A stretch of DNA of 31,261 bases, from assembly GCA_943349385.1 (NCBI GenBank), contig CALQZM010000001.1, positions 1-31,261 of the forward strand, given 5' to 3'. Below are positions 19,101 through 27,417 of this stretch, one piece after another. The DNA comes from Candidatus Peribacteria bacterium (GTDB lineage Bacteria; Patescibacteriota; Gracilibacteria; UBA1369; GCA-2718715). Each line of letters begins with the position of its first letter. Positions within the stretch are counted from its first letter, which is position 1. The notes under the pieces are model-generated. The model saw only the letters and a program-made list of their open reading frames with translations, did not search any database and had not been told where the DNA came from. A program made the position numbers and the translations under genes.

Positions 19101-20348
19101 ATGTCGTATTTAAATAAATTCTTTACTAAACATTACCATAAAGTTGCCCTTACTATAATATTTTTATTACTAGTTTTATTGCCATTTAATGCAATTTTAC
19201 AGGTAATACTAAATTACAAACTAAATATTACTGGTCTAGGATTAGCAAAAGAGGCTTTATTAATTTTCTTATTTTTCGGAAACTTTATATACAACCTTAT
19301 TAAAAAAAACTGGAGTTCGTTTAAAATTATAGCACCTACATTGGCCTTTTTAACTTGGACTATTGCAAGTTTAGCCTTTGCTGATGGGCAAATTCTAGAA
19401 AGATTAGTTTATGGATTAAAGTATGATGGATTTTATTTAGTAATTTTTATTATTGGAGTAACTTTTCCAAAAGAAATCTACGAAGCTAGAGCTAAAATAC
19501 TTAAATTTGCTTTTATGTCTGGATTTTTTGCGGTACTTATAAGTTTGATTATTCACTTTGTAATTACACCAGAAAACTTAACCAAAATTGGATACCGCGA
19601 TGACTGGAGCACTTTTTACACCAACCAATCTTTAGCTTTTTGCCAAAAAATTGAGAATACCGAAACTTGCCGTCTTCAAGGAGTTTTCTCTGGACCAAAT
19701 CAAGCTGGATCGAACATTCTACTTTATTTTGTGCTTTTACTTACTATTAATTTTAAAAACAATAAACTCAAACTAATTTTTGGCGGGATCCTACTTTTTG
19801 CTTTAATACTTACATTTTCAAGAAGTGCCTGGCTGGCATTAATTGCAATTTTAATTCTTAGCTTATTTAAAAACTCCCAAATAAATAAAAAAATAATTTT
19901 AAGTTCAGTTGCTGCAGCTGTTGCAGGCATAGGATTTTTAATCTGGATGTTCCCAGAAACAGTGGTTCGAATGGGTTCAAATTCAGACCGAGTAACACTT
20001 TGGATAGACAGTTTTAAATATTGGCTTAATCAACCTTTAACTGGTTTTGGATTAGCCGAAAGCGGACCTGCTTCTAGACAGCTAAACCAAGAATTAATAA
20101 CTGAGAACTGGTTCTTACAAATTCTAATTAACTTTGGGTTAATTGGCTTAATACTATATCTCTACAATTACTTTAAAATTGTTCAAAGACTTTTTAAAAA
20201 GCGCCAAACCTTATTTTGGGCAATACTTTTTGTGGCTCTAATAATCCCTCTAAATTTACTGCACTATTTTGAGGATAGTGGATTTAGTTACACCTTATTT
20301 TTACTATCTGGAATCATACTAAACAGCAATTCCGATACAACCGACTGA
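19101..20348 (+). CDS. O-antigen ligase / Wzy_C family membrane protein
   Basis: About 12 hydrophobic segments, RLQGVFSGPNQAG, LTFSRSAWLA, R...W...P..G.G, ENWFLQ. Confidence 0.88.
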   Translation: MSYLNKFFTKHYHKVALTIIFLLLVLLPFNAILQVILNYKLNITGLGLAKEALLIFLFFGNFIYNLIKKNWSSFKIIAPTLAFLTWTIASLAFADGQILERLVYGLKYDGFYLVIFIIGVTFPKEIYEARAKILKFAFMSGFFAVLISLIIHFVITPENLTKIGYRDDWSTFYTNQSLAFCQKIENTETCRLQGVFSGPNQAGSNILLYFVLLLTINFKNNKLKLIFGGILLFALILTFSRSAWLALIAILILSLFKNSQINKKIILSSVAAAVAGIGFLIWMFPETVVRMGSNSDRVTLWIDSFKYWLNQPLTGFGLAESGPASRQLNQELITENWFLQILINFGLIGLILYLYNYFKIVQRLFKKRQTLFWAILFVALIIPLNLLHYFEDSGFSYTLFLLSGIILNSNSDTTD

Positions 20349-21349
20349 CGTACTTGGTTAGTATCTTTCAAATCTAATTTAGAATTATTTTCAAGATTCA
20401 ATAAAGCAGATTCAAAGGATTCATAACTTAAGTCTTTTTCTAAAATCACTTCTGCCGCCGAAGTTTCGGCGTATTTTGTAGCATTCAAGATTTGTTCACC
20501 CCGACTTTGATTGTAATCTAAAGGAACTAAAATTGCTTTTTTCTTTAAACTCGAAAACTCACTTAATGCACTAGCACCTGACCGACTTAGGATTAAATCT
20601 GCTGCAGCGTAGGCATCTTTTAGCTCTTGATCTAAATACTCAAATTGAATATAGCCATCTTTTACCATTGGGACAGCTTTGCCGCGCCCGGCTATGTGCA
20701 CGACATTAAAACGACTTAGCAGGGCTGGCAGATTTTGCCGAACGAAGTCGTTAATGACCCCAGCGCCCAGGCTGCCGCCCATTACTAATAAAGTTGGTTT
20801 TGATGACGATAAACTGTATTTAGTTAAAAATACTTGCTTGTCGCCCGTAAAAAGTTGTTGGCGAATTGGCAGTTTTACTACTTTGAAATCCCTGAATTTT
20901 TTAGCAAAAATATCAGTGTCAGCCCAAACTTGTTTGGCGACTTTTGCTGTTATTCTTGTTGTTAATCCTGGTATTGAGTCTGATTCGTGAATTACTATTG
21001 GGACTCCTATACAGGCTGCTGCAAACACAACAGGCAAACTTACGAATCCCCCTTTAGAGAAAACTAAATCCGGTTTAATTCGCCAGATTAGAGTAAGACT
21101 CTGAAAAAATCCGACTGGCACTTTAAAAAGGTCAATAAAATTATCTAAAGAAAAATATCGGCGAAACTTACCTGTGTGCACTTTATAAAAATCCACATCG
21201 CTATTGGCCAACAGTTTAGTTTCGAGTCCATAATAAGACCCAATATAAGAAATTTTAGTCGTCGGTTGCGTCTTTTTGATAGATTCGATGATAGCTAGGT
21301 TTGGCATTATGTGCCCGGCTGTTCCGCCTCCTGTTAGTAGTAGGTGCAT
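20288..21349 (-). CDS. murG: UDP-GlcNAc:lipid I N-acetylglucosamine transferase
   Basis: TGGGTAGHIMP, SKGGFVSLP, HESD, GGSLGA, RSGAS, Q..NA; directly follows ftsW. Confidence 0.96.
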   Translation of the reverse strand: MHLLLTGGGTAGHIMPNLAIIESIKKTQPTTKISYIGSYYGLETKLLANSDVDFYKVHTGKFRRYFSLDNFIDLFKVPVGFFQSLTLIWRIKPDLVFSKGGFVSLPVVFAAACIGVPIVIHESDSIPGLTTRITAKVAKQVWADTDIFAKKFRDFKVVKLPIRQQLFTGDKQVFLTKYSLSSSKPTLLVMGGSLGAGVINDFVRQNLPALLSRFNVVHIAGRGKAVPMVKDGYIQFEYLDQELKDAYAAADLILSRSGASALSEFSSLKKKAILVPLDYNQSRGEQILNATKYAETSAAEVILEKDLSYESFESALLNLENNSKLDLKDTNQVRQSVVSELLFSMIPDSKNKV

Positions 21350-22520
21350 AGTTTAAATTGCAGTTTCGAGAAATATTTAAGAGGATTCCTATCCCAATCA
21401 TATTTGCCATTAGAGAGGATCCTCCATAAGAAATGAATGGCAAAGTTATACCTGTTACTGGTAAAACACCTGTATTTACTCCGATATTAACAAATGCTTG
21501 CATGGTAATCCATAGAGTAATTCCTGTGGCTAAAAACATACTGTACCGATCAGGGGCATTTTTTGCAATTTGTAGCCCTCGCCAGCCAATAAATCCAAAT
21601 CCAAATAAAACAAATATAATCCTAGTAAATCCTAGTTCTTCGGCACTGGCGGCAAAAATAAAGTCGTCTGAAGCCTGTGGCAACCAATAGGATTTTTGGA
21701 CTCCTTTAGTTAATCCTCTACCCCAAAATCCACCACTGGCAACGGCTATATTTGCCTGTTCGGTTTGCCAACAATAGTCACGAGCAGTTCCTTCATCGTT
21801 AACTTGGCAGAATTCTTCGGAGCCGGTGAAGTAAGATCCAAATCTATACTTCAAATAGTCCGTCGTGGTAATAGCTATTGTGCCAACAAAGATGGCAATA
21901 ACCAATCCAATTGCTAAATGTTTAACTCTAGCCCCGGCTAAAAAGAACATTCCTACCGTAATACAACTATAAATCAAAATTGATCCAAAATCAGGCTGTC
22001 CGGCTAAAAGTAAAATTGGTAGACCGGCAATTACGCAAAACGAAATAAATCCTTTCTCAAAACTTTGGACATCTTTACCTTTATTTTCTAACCATCTGGC
22101 TAAATAAAGTATAATTGCAATTTTTCCAAATTCGGCAGGTTGGATTGAATTCCCAAAGAAAGTAAACCAAGCTGTTGCAAAAGTTGAATTTGAACTTCCA
22201 AAAAGCAATAATAATGCCAAAGTGATTAAGGTACCAATGTAAATAAATCCTGAGACTGAACGCCAAAACTTTAATGGCATTCGTACCGTAATGAAAAATA
22301 AGATCGCTGCTAGCAATACCCGGAATAAATGTTTTTTAAATAAGTAGTAACAATCAACGCCGTTCACACCACATTCAGGCAGGCTAACGCCAGCAGTATT
22401 TGTTAGTTCAATCGACTTAGGAACACCGATACTGGCGATCATTATGATTCCAAATAGAATTAAAAATGAAACTACAATTAACAGAATATAATCTATTTGG
22501 CCTTTGGATTTAGAATTCAT
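21255..22520 (-). CDS. ftsW: SEDS-family peptidoglycan polymerase FtsW
   Basis: SIQPAEFGK, QPDFGS, LPQASDDFIFA...EELGF, LPVTGITLPFISYGGSSL; upstream of murG. Start placed at ATG 22520 (MNSK). Confidence 0.93.
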   Translation of the reverse strand: MNSKSKGQIDYILLIVVSFLILFGIIMIASIGVPKSIELTNTAGVSLPECGVNGVDCYYLFKKHLFRVLLAAILFFITVRMPLKFWRSVSGFIYIGTLITLALLLLFGSSNSTFATAWFTFFGNSIQPAEFGKIAIILYLARWLENKGKDVQSFEKGFISFCVIAGLPILLLAGQPDFGSILIYSCITVGMFFLAGARVKHLAIGLVIAIFVGTIAITTTDYLKYRFGSYFTGSEEFCQVNDEGTARDYCWQTEQANIAVASGGFWGRGLTKGVQKSYWLPQASDDFIFAASAEELGFTRIIFVLFGFGFIGWRGLQIAKNAPDRYSMFLATGITLWITMQAFVNIGVNTGVLPVTGITLPFISYGGSSLMANMIGIGILLNISRNCNLNYAPTTNRRRNSRAHNAKPSYHRIYQKDATDD

Positions 22521-22640
22521 GTGAAATGATTTGTACAGAATTTTTAGCTTAGTCATTTTACACACGAATTGAGATGCGTGGAATCTTTTTTATTGACTAA
22601 TAGACTTTCAGTTTTTTAAATCAGGTGATATATTTATTTT

Positions 22641-23045
22641 ATGAAAATTTTTAAGAACAATTTTAATTGGACTGCTCTAGTTTTTGGTCTAATCGTACTT
22701 GATCAATTGAGTAAATTTATTTTTGTAAAATATTTTGAAAATTTAGTTTTTTACAATCGCGGAATTGCTTTTAGTATTTCAGTCCCAATTTATTTAGTTA
22801 TTCTTTTAGCGGTAACAATCTGCTTAATAATTGGATATTTAAAATACAAAAACTTACTTGGGCACGACTACATTTGGGCTTTTTTCATTGCTGGATCAAT
22901 AGGAAACTTAATCGACCGAGTAAGGCTACAAGCTGTAATAGATTTTATAAACCTAGGCTGGTTTCCAGTATTTAATATTGCCGATATATTGTTAACGGTA
23001 AGTGCATTTTTAATTGCCTATTTTTATATTCTGAAGGCGGAATAG
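22641..23045 (+). CDS. lspA: Lipoprotein signal peptidase (signal peptidase II)
   Basis: DQLSK, NRGIAFS, GNLIDR, VIDFI, FPVFNIAD. Confidence 0.93.
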   Translation: MKIFKNNFNWTALVFGLIVLDQLSKFIFVKYFENLVFYNRGIAFSISVPIYLVILLAVTICLIIGYLKYKNLLGHDYIWAFFIAGSIGNLIDRVRLQAVIDFINLGWFPVFNIADILLTVSAFLIAYFYILKAE

Positions 23046-23169
23046 TTTGGAACAGTTTGCGGTTAACATTTCGCCGGCGAAAGTGGGCACGAGGGTTTTT
23101 TAAAATATTCAGGCAGTTTAGCAAGAAATATTAGGTAAAATAAAAATTAAGTTTTTTAGTTAATGAGCC

Positions 23170-23213
23170 AATATAAAAAGAGGCACCTCTGACGAGGTGC
23201 CTCTTTTTATATT
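23170..23213. terminator. Bidirectional intrinsic terminator between convergent lspA and the SPFH gene
   Basis: Perfect 20-bp arms AATATAAAAAGAGGCACCTC / GAGGTGCCTCTTTTTATATT with a 4-nt loop. Confidence 0.85.
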
Positions 23214-23230
23214 ATCGACTATTCTTGAAG

Positions 23231-23260
23231 TTTAAATCCGACGGCGCCGTCGGATTTAAA
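23231..23260. repeat. Perfect 30-bp palindrome
   Basis: TTTAAATCCGACGGC|GCCGTCGGATTTAAA. Confidence 0.9.
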
Positions 23261-23277
23261 GTCTCATTATAACGTTA

Positions 23278-24015
23278 TTACTTTTTACCCAATGCCTCTA
23301 AAGCCCTTAACGCTTCTATTGGGACCATCCAAATAGTTGTATTGGATTGATCTGAAGAAATATCGTTGATAGATTGTAAAGTTCTTAAATGCATTGCACC
23401 TGGGGAATTCGCAAGCATATCTGCGGCTTTCCCCATGTTTTCTGCTGATTCTAATTCAGCTTCGGCTCTAATTAAGATTGCTCTTTTTTCTCGTTCAGCT
23501 TCTGCCTCTTTAGCCATTGTTCGTTTTAAATCGTCTGGCAGTCTTACGTCTTTTAGTTCAACTGATTCAACTTTAACTCCCCATTCGTCGGCTGACTTAT
23601 CTACTATTTCTTTAATTTTTTCAGCAATCATATCTCGGCTTCTAAGCAAAGTGTCTAAATCAACTGTTCCTACAATATTACGCATTGTTGTTTGCGCTAA
23701 TTGGCTAATAGCATAATAGAAATTTTCTACTTCTATAATTGCTTTAGAGGCGTCGGCAATTTTGTAATAAATTACGGCGTTAATTCCAATAGAAATATTA
23801 TCTAGAGTGATTGCTTCTTGATCTGGCACATCAACTGCTTTTGTTCTAACGTCTACTTTTTCGTAACTTTGAAAGACTGGAATAACTAGTCTCCAACCTG
23901 GTTCCATGATTTCAGAAAATTTACCAAGTGTGAATTTTACACCTCTTTGATACTGGTTAATTTGCTTTATAGATACTAATAAAATTACGACAACTAAAGG
24001 TACTAAAAACTCCAT
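23278..24015 (-). CDS. SPFH/band-7 (stomatin-like) membrane protein
   Basis: QYQRGVKFTLGK, ITLDN, AQTTMRNIVG, WGVKVESVELKDV, AEAERE, LRTLQ. Start placed at ATG 24015 (MEFLV). Confidence 0.93.
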   Translation of the reverse strand: MEFLVPLVVVILLVSIKQINQYQRGVKFTLGKFSEIMEPGWRLVIPVFQSYEKVDVRTKAVDVPDQEAITLDNISIGINAVIYYKIADASKAIIEVENFYYAISQLAQTTMRNIVGTVDLDTLLRSRDMIAEKIKEIVDKSADEWGVKVESVELKDVRLPDDLKRTMAKEAEAEREKRAILIRAEAELESAENMGKAADMLANSPGAMHLRTLQSINDISSDQSNTTIWMVPIEALRALEALGKK

Positions 24016-24178
24016 ATTAATTAAGATTAAATAATTAAAAAAATTATATCTTAGCCAAGTTAAATTGTCCATTTTGTATAATTAAATATAATAGAATATA
24101 GTTAAAGTCTATTAAACTGCTTTAATTAAAACAAACAATAATTTAATTAATTCAACAAGTATTAAAATCTAATAGGCT

Positions 24179-24208
24179 TTGACATGATATAACATAATAT
24201 AATACAAT
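24179..24208 (+). promoter_or_regulatory. Putative promoter for the HTH / zinc-ribbon pair
   Basis: TTGACA-18 nt-TACAAT, 32 nt before the TTG at 24241. Confidence 0.6.
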
Positions 24209-24240
24209 CCTATTGTTGTCTTTTATAAACACATAAAAAG

Positions 24241-24399
24241 TTGGAAAAAGTTTACACCCCAGACCAAGTTGCAAAATACCTTCAGGTACATCACCTCACC
24301 GTATTGCGTTTAATAAAGGCAAAAAAAATTAAAGCACTTAAAATTGGAAGGATCTACCGAATTTCGGAATCCTCTTTAAATAAATTTCTAAATAAATAA
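24241..24399 (+). CDS. Small excisionase-like (HTH_17 / BldC-type) DNA-binding protein, 52 aa, TTG start, absent from the ORF track
   Basis: Translates to MEKVYTPDQVAKYLQVHHLTVLRLIKAKKIKALKIGRIYRISESSLNKFLNK, matching the YT..EVA.YL.V...TV.R.I..G.L.A.KIG..YRI pattern. Confidence 0.88.
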   Translation: MEKVYTPDQVAKYLQVHHLTVLRLIKAKKIKALKIGRIYRISESSLNKFLNK

Positions 24400-24415
24400 T
24401 ATAACTTCAATCTAT

Positions 24416-24601
24416 ATGATCTTTAACTGTGAAAGTTGCGGCAAATCGATATCTAATAAAAAAGATTTTTGCCCTTATTGCAAATGCGAAACAGCAGAAT
24501 TTAGTTTAGCCCTTGAAAAAAGAAAACTTTTTGGAGCTTCGGCATTATCGCCAAGTTGGAAAGAAAAAATCCGTGGAACTTTAGCAAGTATCCGTTATTA
24601 A
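24416..24601 (+). CDS. Small zinc-ribbon protein (61 aa)
   Basis: CESC-x10-CPYC near the N-terminus; starts 16 nt after the HTH gene stop. Confidence 0.65.
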   Translation: MIFNCESCGKSISNKKDFCPYCKCETAEFSLALEKRKLFGASALSPSWKEKIRGTLASIRY

Positions 24602-24620
24602 TAAGTAATTAGCACAAACT

Positions 24621-24665
24621 TTACCCCATTTAGTATTACCGCATTTAGCTTTACTGCATTTAGCT
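24621..24665. repeat. Three tandem 15-bp direct repeats
   Basis: ttaccccatttagta / ttaccgcatttagct / ttactgcatttagct. Confidence 0.85.
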
Positions 24666-25847
24666 TTGACACTGTAATTTAGGTACCTCTTCGGTTAAGG
24701 TATGAAGTCCAACTCCGTCTACCACAAAGGTTTGGTTTATGGCTTCTAAATTTGCATTAAGATCAATTAAATTATCTAAAATTAATACATTACTTGAATC
24801 GTTAAAAACACTTTCAAGCATTGTTTGTGTACTTGAAGAACTAGTTACTTGGTTCCTACTGGCAAGATTTATTGTGTTTAAAGTTGACTGCGATATATTA
24901 ATTAATCCACCGCTGGTACCGTTTACTCCGTTTAAATCTTCGAACCGGGCTTGATTAATTTCTTGATAAGCCTCTATGAATTCTTGCCTATCTGTTTCGA
25001 GTCTTTGAAACTCTGTATTAATTTTGCCGATTGCTGAATTAAAATTTGCTCTAGTTGCATTATAAGATTCTAAAAATGAAGATCCTATTGTATCAATTGA
25101 ATTATTCAAAAAAGCACCTGGCGTTGCCGCAATTGTTTCACCTAGGCCTTCAAAGGCAGCAGAAAAATTACTAGCACTTTGCGAAACCTGTTCTGCAGTC
25201 GCTATAATACTGTCAACTCGATCTACTACGACTTTCCACGAATTAGGACAGTCTAAATAAGTAGGAAATTTTTCTTGGTAATTTTGCAACCAGACTTCAA
25301 AGAATAGGGGTATACTAGGTTTAAATGACTTAGGTACTTTTTTTTCTACTATTTTCTTTAAATTTGCTACTGAGTCTGGTGAAGTGTCGTACTCAGTTTT
25401 ATCTTCGTTTAAAAGTTTTTTTAAGTTTCTTACAAAAATTAATTCTGCGTTTATCTCTGAATAAAGTTGTTTTTGTAGGTCTAATTCTTCATCTGTTAGC
25501 GTTCTAAAATTGTCTAAAATATAATCAGACACCTCATCCTTAGCCCTATGCAAAGCTAATAATTCAACTCTAACACATTGGTTCCCTGCGAACATATCGT
25601 CCTTTAAAAAATTAAATGAATTATCTACGTCAAACATTGTTACAAAAAAGGCACCTAAGTTTTTTAGTTTTCTGTTTATGTTTTCTGGTTGGGCCTCAAG
25701 GTTATCTGCTACAGAGTCAGCAATGCCCTGTGCTGAGTCTACAACACCTTCTACTGGGTTAGCTGCGAACACAACTATTGCGTCGTTTACAATGAGTGTA
25801 AATCCGAGTAGTAATGTTAACGATAACTTTATAATTTTAGAGTGCAC
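24660..25847 (-). CDS. Hypothetical secreted helical protein (395 aa), ends LQCQS
   Basis: GTG start, signal-peptide-like N-terminus (..IVVFA|AN), 11-bp overlap with the upstream gene. Confidence 0.8.
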   Translation of the reverse strand: MHSKIIKLSLTLLLGFTLIVNDAIVVFAANPVEGVVDSAQGIADSVADNLEAQPENINRKLKNLGAFFVTMFDVDNSFNFLKDDMFAGNQCVRVELLALHRAKDEVSDYILDNFRTLTDEELDLQKQLYSEINAELIFVRNLKKLLNEDKTEYDTSPDSVANLKKIVEKKVPKSFKPSIPLFFEVWLQNYQEKFPTYLDCPNSWKVVVDRVDSIIATAEQVSQSASNFSAAFEGLGETIAATPGAFLNNSIDTIGSSFLESYNATRANFNSAIGKINTEFQRLETDRQEFIEAYQEINQARFEDLNGVNGTSGGLINISQSTLNTINLASRNQVTSSSSTQTMLESVFNDSSNVLILDNLIDLNANLEAINQTFVVDGVGLHTLTEEVPKLQCQS

Positions 25848-27417
25848 TGCATTGGGGTTTAGACTTTAATTCTGTAAGGTTTGATTGAATTTCGGCTAAA
25901 TAAGTTTTGTAGTTACTAAAGTATTGGTTCATAGTAGTTAATCGATCTATAATTTCGGATACAAATTCTGAAGTAGAATTAATTGCGGCCGAAGAGGCTG
26001 ATTCTATATTTAGAATATCGATTTCGGATTGCAGGATTTCATTCGGACTGCCTTGAATTTGAGTTGTGCCAATTAGACCTTGTCCAGTTGAATCCGCCGC
26101 AGTAAATGAATCAGTTGAATCAAGCTGAAGCGTTCTAGCTTGAATTTGCCGCGCTATTTCTACTGTTGAAATATCTGTTATGGAATCAACAACTTCTAAG
26201 TCAGGACGAGCTGGTTTTGGAACAAAATTAATCTGCAAGCTAAATGAATTAAAAAGCGATTTTTTGCATAAATTTGGCTCACCGAAATTTCCACTAACTT
26301 TTTTGGGTATCAAACTACCGGCCACTAATTCTTTGGTAATATTTGCTAAATTTTGGATCCTACAAGCAACACAGTTTAAATCTCTAGCAAAATAACTCCT
26401 AGCAGTTGCATACACTTTTTCGACTTTTATACAGAATTTAACACCTGTAAAGTCTTCGGGGATGTCACATTTATTGACATTATTTACTAGAGGATTTGAG
26501 TTAGGGATTCCACCTTGAGTAATTTTATTAATTAATTTTTGTTCAGCATCTTTTTTTTGTTGCTCTTCAGGAGTTGTAGGTTCTGAAAGTCTAGCTTCTT
26601 GCTCTTCAGTAAAACTTTTTAAATCTTCAGTAAGACTAGAATCAATAGGGCAGCTTATTTGATTTGGTTTTGGCATTGTAGAGTCTGAGTCAGCAGTTGC
26701 ATCTGGTTCAGGGGGGGGAGCATCATCATCATCATCATCATCATCGTTACCAGTATTATTCGAATTATTGCTAAGAGAGAATGAAGACCCCGCTAAAACT
26801 TCGGCCCCAGAAGTCTCCAAATTTAAAGAGCCGCTAAATTGCGATTCTACATTTCGTCCTAATAAGATTATTTCGATTTCGTCTAAATCCTCTACTAAAT
26901 CAAAACCAGAATCTCTACTTTTACCATTTGCAAAAAGTTCAAAGGCAAGTGTTTGTCCTTCTAAAGCGGCTAAAGTAGCAAATAATCCTTTTTCTTGTTG
27001 GTAGGTTCGGATTATTTCGTTGGCTCTAATGGATACACTTTCTGGTGTTGAATCCTTTTTTTGAGATAAAAATTTAGTATCGTAATTATCTACTAAATCA
27101 CGGATATTAGAATCACTGTAACCTGTCATACCTGCAAGTAAGGCAATTCCATTAGTCCTAGATTTTTCGGCAAATTCATTAAAAAGAATTAAATATAGAT
27201 TAGTATCATTATCTTTCTTAAATTTTAGATCTTGAAAACCTAGGGTTCTAAAATTTAAGTCGGCAATTCGTGAGATTGTTTGACTTAGATTGTTTTGATA
27301 TTCATTACGCGTTAGGGCCGAAGCTGCAGGTATATTAGTAATTACAGTTGTAGCAACATAGGAACCGAATCCAAAAACCAAACATAATCCGATACATTTT
27401 AATATTTTTAAATACAT
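25837..27417 (-). CDS. Hypothetical secreted protein (526 aa) with poly-Asp linker and Cys-rich domain, ends PQCSAL
   Basis: Signal-peptide-like N-terminus (..PAASA|LT), D8 tract, seven Cys after the signal region, 10-bp overlap with the upstream gene. Confidence 0.8.
   Translation of the reverse strand: MYLKILKCIGLCLVFGFGSYVATTVITNIPAASALTRNEYQNNLSQTISRIADLNFRTLGFQDLKFKKDNDTNLYLILFNEFAEKSRTNGIALLAGMTGYSDSNIRDLVDNYDTKFLSQKKDSTPESVSIRANEIIRTYQQEKGLFATLAALEGQTLAFELFANGKSRDSGFDLVEDLDEIEIILLGRNVESQFSGSLNLETSGAEVLAGSSFSLSNNSNNTGNDDDDDDDDAPPPEPDATADSDSTMPKPNQISCPIDSSLTEDLKSFTEEQEARLSEPTTPEEQQKKDAEQKLINKITQGGIPNSNPLVNNVNKCDIPEDFTGVKFCIKVEKVYATARSYFARDLNCVACRIQNLANITKELVAGSLIPKKVSGNFGEPNLCKKSLFNSFSLQINFVPKPARPDLEVVDSITDISTVEIARQIQARTLQLDSTDSFTAADSTGQGLIGTTQIQGSPNEILQSEIDILNIESASSAAINSTSEFVSEIIDRLTTMNQYFSNYKTYLAEIQSNLTELKSKPQCSAL
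26711..26745. repeat. G8 homopolymer next to an (ATC)8 microsatellite
   Basis: G at 26711-26718 and ATC x8 at 26722-26745; coding strand reads (GAT)8 GCT CCC CCC CCT. Confidence 0.95.

Noticed and set aside
20288-20348. 61-bp convergent overlap of the ligase gene and murG
   Set aside because: Both tails are non-conserved extensions; this is common in compact genomes.
21255-21349. 95-bp ftsW/murG overlap as a novel dual-coding region
   Set aside because: The FtsW tail (YAPTTNRRRNSRAH) is simply the alternate frame of the conserved MurG GGTAGH start; such overlaps are ordinary for this gene pair.
24241-24399. Excisionase-like gene as evidence of a prophage or integrative element
   Set aside because: No integrase, phage genes or att-like repeats were seen in the window.
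25837-25860. C-terminal CSAL as a CaaX prenylation signal
   Set aside because: The protein has a secretion signal, CaaX prenylation is eukaryotic and cytosolic, and the three sister proteins do not fit CaaX spacing.
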